Source of the DNA: an uncultured bacterium
GTDB taxonomy: Bacteria; Babelota; Babeliae; Babelales; Babelaceae
Length of the DNA stretch: 64,000 bases
NCBI GenBank assembly: GCA_963848965.1
Contig: CAWKFG010000004.1
Coordinates: 480,001 to 544,000 of the forward strand
Direction of reading: 5' to 3'
Shown here one piece after another: positions 39,837 through 47,823 of the stretch. The position numbers were made by a program, and so were the translations under genes. Within the stretch, counting starts at the first letter, position 1. Every line of letters starts with the position of its first letter. The notes beneath the pieces are model-generated. The model saw nothing but the letters and a program-made list of their open reading frames with translations. It did no database searches and was not told the origin of the DNA.

Positions 39837-40745
39837 TTAGCTCTTGCTTTGTTGCTGTTTAACCATTGCATCTTGCAGTATTTCGATCATTTCCTCATTA
39901 TGATTGTCTTGAGCTTTGCGTAATGCAGTTGTGCCAAACTTGTTTTTGATATTAGGATTAGCTCCATGCTCAAGAAGTAACTTTACTATATCAGTATGAT
40001 TATATAGTGCTGCATTTATTAAGGCAGTCCATCCTTCACTACTTTGAGCATTGACGTCAGCTCCATGCTCAAGCAAAAGTCTTACAATTTCTAAATTTCC
40101 CTGTAGTGCGGCCTCCATTAAAGCAGTCGTGCCATACATATTTTGAGCATTAACATTAGCTCCATGTTCAAGTAAATATTGAGCTGCCTCTAAGGAAGAT
40201 CCTAAAGTTGCTTTTATAAGAGGAGTGTTTAAGTAAACCCCTCTAATATTAGGGTTAACATGTTGAGCTATAAGTTGTTTTATTGCATTCATATTTCCTT
40301 CACGTACAGCCTCCAAAAGTTGTAACTGTTGAGGCCACACTTCCTTAAGCCAACGTTCTGCACCTTCAACGCTCTCCTTTTTAAGAGCTTCAGCAATCTC
40401 ATTTGGAGCTACCTTGAACTTTATGGCTAAAGCGTAAATAATCGGTTCAAGAGATTTTAAATCTTTAAAGTAACGGGCATGAATTTTTGGATCAGCAAGC
40501 ACCTTTAGCTTTTTAATTGCTTCTTTAAGGTCCTTAGATGATTCTATTGCTTGACGTATTCCAATAAAATGCTGTAGTTCATTGATAAGTTCTCTTGGTA
40601 AAGTACTTAGATAAGAGCTTTGCTCTTTCCTTAACTGTTCAAGTACATACTCTTGTTCTTCCTGCATTGGTTCAATGATTTGCTTCATTCCAAAGCTAAG
40701 GCTAGGTAGAACTAAAAGTATTAATATCAGATATTTCCAAATCAT
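39837..40745 (-). CDS. Exported ankyrin-repeat protein with N-terminal F-box-like motif
   Basis: Signal ...SFG|MKQ; YLSTLPRELINEL; ankyrin repeats LLEHGANVNAQ. Confidence 0.9.
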   Translation of the reverse strand: MIWKYLILILLVLPSLSFGMKQIIEPMQEEQEYVLEQLRKEQSSYLSTLPRELINELQHFIGIRQAIESSKDLKEAIKKLKVLADPKIHARYFKDLKSLEPIIYALAIKFKVAPNEIAEALKKESVEGAERWLKEVWPQQLQLLEAVREGNMNAIKQLIAQHVNPNIRGVYLNTPLIKATLGSSLEAAQYLLEHGANVNAQNMYGTTALMEAALQGNLEIVRLLLEHGADVNAQSSEGWTALINAALYNHTDIVKLLLEHGANPNIKNKFGTTALRKAQDNHNEEMIEILQDAMVKQQQSKS

Positions 40746-40937
40746 ACTATCTTCCTATACAATAAATTTTACTTATTAATTACCCTTAGTATAATCAATA
40801 AAGGTAAAATAAATCAATAAGTAATAAATTAGAATCAGGATAATGGCATTAAAAATTTTGCCTTTAAGCATTTTTGTTGGCTTAGCCAAAAAATAGATAA
40901 AAGAAATTTGGCGAAGCTTTTAAAAAAAGCATGCTAC

Positions 40938-41177
40938 TTAAAAAGCAATTCGCTTTAATAATTCTTCTGCTATTTTTATATCTTGAACATTCCTTTGATA
41001 ACCTACATGTCGCTTATCTCTTTCCATTTCTTGTCGCATATAAGAGATCTTAAATAGCATAATCTCAAAAAGATAGGCAGAATCCCAATCTTCATCTTTC
41101 CATAACACTGGAAACCAGGCAATAAATCTTTTTATTCTTCTATATCCATTGCGAAAGTAGTATGATGGAAATCCCAT
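40938..41177 (-). CDS. Small hypothetical protein (possibly a truncated phage-type gene)
   Basis: GGAG RBS; 79-aa ORF with WFPVLWKDEDWD motif. Confidence 0.5.
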   Translation of the reverse strand: MGFPSYYFRNGYRRIKRFIAWFPVLWKDEDWDSAYLFEIMLFKISYMRQEMERDKRHVGYQRNVQDIKIAEELLKRIAF

Positions 41178-41230
41178 GAATTTTAATCTCCATTTTTATA
41201 GCGTTTAATAAGACAAAAGAAACGTTTAAG

Positions 41231-41473
41231 TTACCATAAACGTTTCTTTGCAAATGCTCTACCTGAATGTGACTTTAAGTATTTTTCAAATTCTAAAGCC
41301 TTTTGTTGATCCCTAAACGCAATGTAGAATATTAACTCCCACGGTCTATCATCACTTGTATAAACGGATCCACCGGAATTATGAGTTTCTAATCTTTGTT
41401 TCAAATTAATGGTATAACCAATGTAAATTTTATCACTAGACTTTTTTGATTGGATTAAATAGACGTAGTACAT
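41231..41473 (-). CDS. Stand-alone GIY-YIG nuclease (80 aa), copy 1
   Basis: YVY..YIGYT..RL..HN.G..T..RPW..EKYLKS.SGR. Confidence 0.92.
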   Translation of the reverse strand: MYYVYLIQSKKSSDKIYIGYTINLKQRLETHNSGGSVYTSDDRPWELIFYIAFRDQQKALEFEKYLKSHSGRAFAKKRLW

Positions 41474-41490
41474 TATAGTATATTTGATTA

Positions 41491-41614
41491 GGGCCGGTCC
41501 GTCTACGCTTATAGCTTCGCCGGACAGTCTTCGCTTTCGCTCTCAATATCAAATTATTATAATTTCCTTTTACTGGCCTGCCAGGCGTAGCTCCGAAGGA
41601 GCGAAGACTGGCGT
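41491..41614. repeat. REPIN-like double-hairpin module, copy B
   Basis: GTCCGTCTACGCT..AGCTTCGCCGGAC-AGTCTTCGCT-spacer-TGGCCTGCCAGGCGTAGCTCCGAAGGAGCGAAGACTGGCGT. Confidence 0.85.
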
Positions 41615-41713
41615 TACTTAGTTGATATGTTTAGGAACGATCGAGTAGAGATTGAAATTAGTCTTCAAAGTATCCAGACAGCTTTTTCAATGTTGAAAAT
41701 TCAGCTTAGTTAA
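41609..41713 (+). mobile_element. att-like junction with intact orphan peptide tail WRYLVDMFRNDRVEIEISLQSIQTAFSMLKIQLS*
   Basis: Begins with TGGCGT, identical to the antisense 3' end of tRNA-Glu; conserved at peptide level with the 27894 and 38937 copies. Confidence 0.7.
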
Positions 41714-41859
41714 AAAAACTTACGCTTAAACAAGGACTACTCCCTTCGCTTTTAATAAAACGCGTAAGTGTAACCATCTTGGTAATTATATCTTTAATTT
41801 AGCAGTATCTTAGTATCGGCAAACTAAGTACCATTTCTAAGAAGTTTTACCATAACCTG

Positions 41860-42020
41860 AACCCCGAAAACAACCCCGAAATTCTACTCTCTAAAAATTT
41901 CGGGGTTAATTTTAAGTGTAGATCATAATATTCAATCAAACTCCCGATGAATCGATTATAGGCTAATTTTAAGAGGGTACTTTTGAAATAAATATAGAAA
42001 AAAATATTTAGAACCCCGAA
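41860..42020. repeat. Four copies of AACCCCGAA (three direct, one inverted)
   Basis: 41860, 41872, 42012 direct; 41899-41907 inverted. Confidence 0.75.
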
Positions 42021-42036
42021 AAATTTCCCTTAATAT

Positions 42037-43413
42037 TTAGTTATTTTTGATTAAGGTAAGTAAAGATTGGGGTAGTTTAAAAGTTTTATAAGGATCAAAA
42101 GCAGATGTTGCTAATTCAACCAATAATCCTTCATCTACCATTTGCTTTAAGCGTTTTGTTGCAGTTCTATCACTTACTTCCCATAAATCTTGAGCCTGCT
42201 TTGGTGAGATTTCAACATGCTCTTTCAAAAACTCAATAATAGGTAACTGCCAGCTTTCTCTCGGTAATAATTGACGTGGAGCATTATAAAGAGTTGCTCT
42301 AAAAAAAGTGCCTCTTTCCTCGAATTTTGGAGGTTGCACGCCTTGTTGCTTAGATATCTGTATCATTCTTCCCAACCCAGATCCCCAACGCTCAATAAGA
42401 TCAAGTTCTCTAAATACGTTACCGATAACTTTATTTCTAAGTAAGGATATACCATTAAGCGCATCATCTAAAGTTAGCCCCAGTGGCAACGCCCCAGGAT
42501 TAGTAACTTCAATTCTATCATCAAATATAGCAACGGTAATCGAAGCTCCTTGAATTGAATAATCTGTATGAAGGAGAGCATTAATTATTGCTTCTCGAAC
42601 CACTTGTGTATTGTATTCAGGGATATCTATTCTTCTCATTTCACCAAATTTGGCAGCGGTAGAAGTATGCCTTTTTATAAAATCAACTATAGGATCCAGT
42701 GCTATAGAAATAGGGATTTCTAAGTCTTTATGGTCAAGGATTTCAGCTTTGGTTAGACCAATAAATCTACCCAACCGAATCATTGCGTCAGGAAAAAATT
42801 CTTTAGGGTTTCGTCCAAAGAGTAGAACTGCAGCGTTTGAAGGAAAAGGCTTGCCTTGATACTTCACGATCAAATCTAATGATTGGGCTGTTTGCTCTGA
42901 AAAACTTTTATGGACTTTTTCAAATAATTGTTTTGCTAAATCGAATTGAATACGATCAAGTGGGCATTCAGCATTGGGCTGTCCATCAAAAAATCTACGC
43001 TGCTTTGATTGTCTAATTTCTTCAATCATATGCAAATCTGCAGGTCTGTTGGTTGAACCTAACCGCATAAAAGTACTATGTTCAATTCCCTTCGCTTTTA
43101 GATAATAAGGACCAAAACTGTGATCTACAACAATAATAAGAACATCACGCTTTCGCCATGTATATCTATGGAAAGTAGGAATCAATAAAGGCTCTATAGA
43201 TTCTGCGACTGCATTTGCAATTTTTTCTTCATCTTTTTGTATATCTTGCAAACCTATTACTTCTTTGGTTTTATCTTGAACGCCTACAATAAGTGTCCCA
43301 CCTGCAGTATTTGCAAAGGCTATTATAGTTTGAATAATCTTTTGAAGCGATAAGGTATTTTCTTTAAACTCAAGAGTTTTGCCTTCGTCTCTGACTAATA
43401 ATTCTTCAAGCAT
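42037..43413 (-). CDS. Schlafen/AlbA_2 + HATPase_c_4 (RecG-C-like) + wHTH protein
   Basis: EGKTLEFKE, AFANTAGGTLIVGV, REAIINALLHTDY, DDRIEVTNPG, ERWGSG and C-terminal HTH. Confidence 0.9.
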   Translation of the reverse strand: MLEELLVRDEGKTLEFKENTLSLQKIIQTIIAFANTAGGTLIVGVQDKTKEVIGLQDIQKDEEKIANAVAESIEPLLIPTFHRYTWRKRDVLIIVVDHSFGPYYLKAKGIEHSTFMRLGSTNRPADLHMIEEIRQSKQRRFFDGQPNAECPLDRIQFDLAKQLFEKVHKSFSEQTAQSLDLIVKYQGKPFPSNAAVLLFGRNPKEFFPDAMIRLGRFIGLTKAEILDHKDLEIPISIALDPIVDFIKRHTSTAAKFGEMRRIDIPEYNTQVVREAIINALLHTDYSIQGASITVAIFDDRIEVTNPGALPLGLTLDDALNGISLLRNKVIGNVFRELDLIERWGSGLGRMIQISKQQGVQPPKFEERGTFFRATLYNAPRQLLPRESWQLPIIEFLKEHVEISPKQAQDLWEVSDRTATKRLKQMVDEGLLVELATSAFDPYKTFKLPQSLLTLIKNN

Positions 43414-43509
43414 TGTAACCTTCCTAATGTTTTTAAAAAAATAACTTAGAAAGCTAAGAACGTCAAAGACTTGCAATACCATAAGTGGTGGTTTCGATTT
43501 CTTTTAATT

Positions 43510-43529
43510 TCTGCCACCGCTGGTGGCAG
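43510..43529. promoter_or_regulatory. Palindrome upstream of the AlbA-family gene and downstream of GIY-YIG copy 2 (operator or terminator)
   Basis: CTGCCACC-GCT-GGTGGCAG, with an extra GTGGTGG half-site near 43486. Confidence 0.5.
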
Positions 43530-43570
43530 TTTTTCTTTACCCTTTGAAAATCGCATATTCCCAGCAAAAA

Positions 43571-43813
43571 CTACCATAATCGTTTCTTTGCGAATGCTCT
43601 ACCTGAGCCAGACTTTAAATATTTTTCAAAGCTAATTGCAGCAGCTCTCTCTTTAAAAGCAATACATGTTATTAGTTCCCAAGGCTTGAATGATGAAGTA
43701 TGCACTGAACCACCAGAATTATGCGTTTGAAGTCGCTCATTGACATTATCTGTGTAGCCTATGTATGTTTGATCTGGATTATTTATTGATTTGATAAGGT
43801 ATACGTAATACAT
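43571..43813 (-). CDS. Stand-alone GIY-YIG nuclease (80 aa), copy 2
   Basis: Same motifs as copy 1; about 54/80 identical by manual count; GAGG RBS. Confidence 0.92.
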   Translation of the reverse strand: MYYVYLIKSINNPDQTYIGYTDNVNERLQTHNSGGSVHTSSFKPWELITCIAFKERAAAISFEKYLKSGSGRAFAKKRLW

Positions 43814-43840
43814 AATACCTCACTATTGATTAACATTCTA

Positions 43841-43971
43841 GGGACGGTCCTCCTTCGCTCTTTAGGGCTACGGCGGACAACCTTCGCTTAGGCTATAAAT
43901 ATCACCCCTTATTTTAAATCAATCCTTTAAAGAAATGGTCTGCCAACCGAAGCTTCAGCAAAGGTTGGCGT
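43841..43971. repeat. REPIN-like double-hairpin module, copy C, overlapping the tRNA-Glu CCA end
   Basis: GTCCTCCTTCGCT..GCTACGGCGGAC-AACCTTCGCT-spacer-TGGTCTGCCAACCGAAGCTTCAGCAAAGGTTGGCGT. Confidence 0.85.
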
Positions 43972-44043
43972 CCCTAAGGGGATTCGAACCCCTGTTTTCG
44001 CCGTGAAAGGGCGATGTCCTAGACCAGGCTAGACGATAGGGAC
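43966..44043 (-). tRNA. tRNA-Glu (TTC)
   Basis: GTCCCTA acceptor, anticodon loop CTTTCAC, GGTTCGAATCC T-arm, encoded CCA. Confidence 0.97.
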
Positions 44044-44079
44044 ATACTGTATACCAGTTATAGCTCAAAGAGCAAAAAC

Positions 44080-44155
44080 TGGTGAGCCGCGTTGGATTCG
44101 AACCAACGACCCACAGCTTAAAAGGCTGTTGCTCTACCACCTGAGCTAGCGGCTC
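44080..44155 (-). tRNA. tRNA-Lys (TTT)
   Basis: GAGCCGC acceptor, anticodon loop CTTTTAA, GGTTCGAATCC, encoded CCA. Confidence 0.97.
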
Positions 44156-44555
44156 ATTATGGTAAGCATACTGTATTTCAAGTATAGTACCATTATAGAT
44201 TATAATTATGCTTTTAGCAAGCTTATTTTTCAACAATAATGAGCTAGAAGCGAGCTTTTTGGCTCACTTTAGTGCTTACCATTATTTTTAGTATAACATA
44301 GAATAAGAGCTTTTTGAAGCCTCTTAGTAACCTTTCTTCTCTTGCATTGCTCCACCTCAAGCACTCTAAGTTCTTGACTAATCTGTCTTATGAAAGATTT
44401 TTTACTTTTTATGATAAAAACTCAGGTAAGAGACTCCGCGAGGTAAATACTATACTTCTGTTTACTATAATAAAGTTCTTATGAATCTATTGCAATTTTA
44501 TTATCTCAATTAGTATTATTAAAATAATAAATTCAATTACACCCAGGGAGTCCTT

Positions 44556-45314
44556 ATGAAAACCTTATATTCTCTCTTTATCGGAGTTTCCTTCTTTAGT
44601 ACTAGCTTTGCTATGCAACCTTCTTATTTACAGCTTTTACCTACAGATATAGCAACTGAACAACTTACTCGTCTTATAACTGCTGCACCGACACGTGAGG
44701 AAGCAATAAATCAAATAAACACATTAAGTAAAGTTCCAAAGTTTAGCGCAAGTCCCTTGTTTAATGATGCAAAAGGTACTGCTCTGCTTCTTGATGTTCT
44801 CTATACACGGTTTCACCTACCTCAAGGGCCGATAATAAGGCCAGAAGAACTAGCTGCAAGAATTACTACTCCAGGAGCTCAAGAATGGTTAACAAAGATA
44901 CGGCCTCAAGAAGAAGAACTTTTCAAAGCAGTTCAAGCAGAAGATTTATCTAAAGTAAAGAAGCTTCTTGCACAAGGGGTTAATCCAAGTGCTCGACAAG
45001 ATGTCCTGTATAGAACTGCTCTTATGAATGCTATCAACAGGAACTATTTAGATATAGCCCAAGAACTACTCAATAAAGGAGCAGACGTTAATGCTCAAGA
45101 TATTAAAGGAGAAACTGCATTAATGCGTGCTATTAATAGCGGTAATGCTTCAGCAACAAAATTACTTCTTGACAAAGGAGCTAACCCACATATACGGGAT
45201 TACAACAAGAAAACTGCACTTGACCACATTCAAAATATTCTGCCTGTAATTCCTGATTATAATCCTGAAGTAATTAAAGCAATTCAAGAAGCAGAAAAAC
45301 GTACATCAAAATAA
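44556..45314 (+). CDS. Exported ankyrin-repeat protein with N-terminal F-box-like motif (paralog of 39837-40745)
   Basis: Signal ...SFA|MQP; SYLQLLPTDI; shared 'GA..WL....PQ...L..AV' segment; ankyrin repeats. Confidence 0.9.
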   Translation: MKTLYSLFIGVSFFSTSFAMQPSYLQLLPTDIATEQLTRLITAAPTREEAINQINTLSKVPKFSASPLFNDAKGTALLLDVLYTRFHLPQGPIIRPEELAARITTPGAQEWLTKIRPQEEELFKAVQAEDLSKVKKLLAQGVNPSARQDVLYRTALMNAINRNYLDIAQELLNKGADVNAQDIKGETALMRAINSGNASATKLLLDKGANPHIRDYNKKTALDHIQNILPVIPDYNPEVIKAIQEAEKRTSK

Positions 45315-45329
45315 GTACTTTTATAGGAT

Positions 45330-46691
45330 TTAATAACCAAGAATCAGCTGACTAATAGTACAATAAATGAGAAGACCTAGAATATCCATAATAGTAGCAA
45401 GGAATGGACCTGCAGAAAGAGCAGGATCTAGATTAAATCTTTTAAGAACGAGAGGAATAAGGCTTCCAAGCATAACAGAAACAAGAACTATAACACCAAG
45501 AGAAAAGCTTACAGCCACGTTACCCCATACATTACCAGTATGAGTAACATACACACGGGCAAACGAAACAAGCCCGAGACTTATACCAATAGCAAGAGCC
45601 ATAAAAAATTCGCGCCGTAAAAATTTAATCATATTATTATCACTAATCTCTCCAGAAGAAAGGCCTTGAATCACTAATGCAGAAGTTTGACTACTGCTAT
45701 TACCTCCTGTGCTTGTAAGCATAGCATTAAACTTGATAAGAAAGCCCTCAAGGAGTTTTTCATAACGAGTAATAATGATAATAGAAAACGTTTGCATTAA
45801 TAAAAGAATAACCAGAATGGATGCACGCTGGTAAAAGAGACTCGTAAATGGTGTCTCAAAATACGTATTTTTAATAGGCGTTAATGCAGAGATCTTATAG
45901 ACGTCCTCAGCTGCTTCTTGCTCAATAATATCTACCAACGTATCGCTTGGAATCACTCCCAAGAATACCGATCCGTCACCTACTACAGGCACTGTCATTA
46001 ACTTATAACGAACCATCTTTTGTGCTACTGTTTCTCTATCTTCTTCAGATTGTACTACAAGCTCGTTTTTACGAAGTATTGATGATAATCGTGTTTTTGG
46101 ATTTTTAAGCAACAGGTCTTCTAAGTTTACGTGCCCTACTAACTCATTGTCTTGATTGGTAACATAAATTTGCTGATGAAGCTCTCTACGTGGCTGTAAG
46201 CGCTGAAGGATTTGAATCCCCTTTTCAACAGTAAAATCTTGCATAAGCGTAAGAACATCAGTATGCATTAACCCTCCAGCAGATTCTGGATTAAAACGCA
46301 TTAAAGAAAGCACCTGCTCTCTATCTTTTTTGTGTAAAAGCTTAAGGTATTTTTTAAGCTCTTCATCAGAAAGTTCATCAAAAAAATCGGTAAGCTCATC
46401 AAGAGGAAGACTGCTTAACAAGTATCCTCTATCATAATCACTTAAAAATGAAAGACAAAACACCTGCATAGAAGATGAGAGGTACGAAAATACTTGTAAT
46501 TTTAAAGAGAGAGGGAGTTTTGAAAAAAGTGCTTGTGCGCTAGTTCTTTCTTGGTCGCTAATAAATTGTGCAATATCAGCGGGGTGTAATGAGATAAACT
46601 CTTGCCAAATATGCACCGCCTTAGGTTCATTTTGCGCTATAACTGCATCCAGGTTCTCAGAAACTTCTTCTAAAACTTTTCTTGTGTCCAT
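45330..46691 (-). CDS. mgtE: Magnesium transporter MgtE
   Basis: HPADIA N-domain, CBS pair, GGNSSSQ and DPALSAGPFLATIMD. Confidence 0.95.
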   Translation of the reverse strand: MDTRKVLEEVSENLDAVIAQNEPKAVHIWQEFISLHPADIAQFISDQERTSAQALFSKLPLSLKLQVFSYLSSSMQVFCLSFLSDYDRGYLLSSLPLDELTDFFDELSDEELKKYLKLLHKKDREQVLSLMRFNPESAGGLMHTDVLTLMQDFTVEKGIQILQRLQPRRELHQQIYVTNQDNELVGHVNLEDLLLKNPKTRLSSILRKNELVVQSEEDRETVAQKMVRYKLMTVPVVGDGSVFLGVIPSDTLVDIIEQEAAEDVYKISALTPIKNTYFETPFTSLFYQRASILVILLLMQTFSIIIITRYEKLLEGFLIKFNAMLTSTGGNSSSQTSALVIQGLSSGEISDNNMIKFLRREFFMALAIGISLGLVSFARVYVTHTGNVWGNVAVSFSLGVIVLVSVMLGSLIPLVLKRFNLDPALSAGPFLATIMDILGLLIYCTISQLILGY

Positions 46692-46881
46692 AGTGCAACT
46701 CCCACCGATGACTATTTTACTTTCCTTTTACCAGCATCTTCTTTATTAGAGTACCTCATTAATTGCAAATTGTCCATTTGACTTTGCCTCAAGAATGTTT
46801 ATCTTATTAGCAAAGAGCCCTCTCTCTTACTATAATTTTTCTTAATTGAAAATCAAAGGAAAGTGTAAGAAAGTTTAAAAA

Positions 46882-47823
46882 ATGGAGAAGCCACAGCTTA
46901 TTGCGCCAGAGACCACTATTATCGTACAAGTAGAGTCTCCTGAACCGCAGCGTATTGACCTCTTTTTAACAAAAAAGTTTCTCCCTTACTCACGGAGTTA
47001 CTTTCAAAATCTTATTGAACAATCACTTATAAAGCTTAATGGAACAGTTGTAAAAAAGCCAAGTACTTTAGTAAAACTACCTGATAGCATAGAAGTTTTC
47101 TTTCCTCTAGAACGTCCTTTAGAAGGGCTACCCATTACACAAGATCTTGGAGTTAGAGTTGTTTATGAACATCCAGACTTTTTAATTGTGTATAAACCAC
47201 CCTCTCTTATAGTACATGCTCCTACTCATAAAAGCACTATTGTCACACTTGTCGATTGGCTTATTCATCACTTTAAAGAGCTTAAAAAAGTAGGTCATGT
47301 AGATCGTCCTGCTATTGTTCACCGATTAGATAAAGATACATCAGGAATTCTTATTGTACCTCGCAATAATTATGCGCACACTATTTTTGCCTCACTTTTT
47401 AAAAATCGTTGTATCGACAAAACATATCTTGCTGTTGTACAAGGTCATCCGCCACAAGAAGGTGCTATTGAATTTGCTATCTCACGCCATCCTGTACATA
47501 AACATAAAATGACTCATACATCAGGTTGTGGCAGAGAAGCGCTTACGCATTACAAAGTTCTTGAATACTTTGCAGATAGCGCATTAGTTGAAGTACATCC
47601 TGTCACAGGAAGAACACATCAAATTCGCGTTCATTTTGCTGCCTTAGGACATCCACTCATTGGTGATACAACATATGGTTCATCATCAAAGCTCATTAAC
47701 AGACAAGCGCTCCATGCTTACAAGCTCTCATTTATGTACGAAGAAAAGCTTTATACTTTCTGGTACGAAATGCCTGCAGACATGCGAGCGCTTATCTCTA
47801 CGTTACAAAAACAATCTTCTTAG
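46882..47823 (+). CDS. rluD: RluA/RluD-family pseudouridine synthase with S4 domain
   Basis: S4-like N-terminus, IVHRLDKDTSG, TGRTHQIRVH and RQALHA. Confidence 0.85.
   Translation: MEKPQLIAPETTIIVQVESPEPQRIDLFLTKKFLPYSRSYFQNLIEQSLIKLNGTVVKKPSTLVKLPDSIEVFFPLERPLEGLPITQDLGVRVVYEHPDFLIVYKPPSLIVHAPTHKSTIVTLVDWLIHHFKELKKVGHVDRPAIVHRLDKDTSGILIVPRNNYAHTIFASLFKNRCIDKTYLAVVQGHPPQEGAIEFAISRHPVHKHKMTHTSGCGREALTHYKVLEYFADSALVEVHPVTGRTHQIRVHFAALGHPLIGDTTYGSSSKLINRQALHAYKLSFMYEEKLYTFWYEMPADMRALISTLQKQSS

Noticed and set aside
41612..41700. Minus-strand reading of the conserved junction as a small peptide ending IVPKHIN*
   Set aside because: That frame breaks between copies, while the plus-strand frame gives longer conservative similarity (YLVD.FRND...E.SLQ....FS) starting exactly at the TGG junction.
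38200..44043. Prophage at tRNA-Glu
   Set aside because: No integrase, structural, packaging or replication genes, and no long duplication of the tRNA 3' end; only the 6-bp junction is shared.
43955..44236. 93-aa ORF on the minus strand
   Set aside because: It is a translation across tRNA-Lys and tRNA-Glu.
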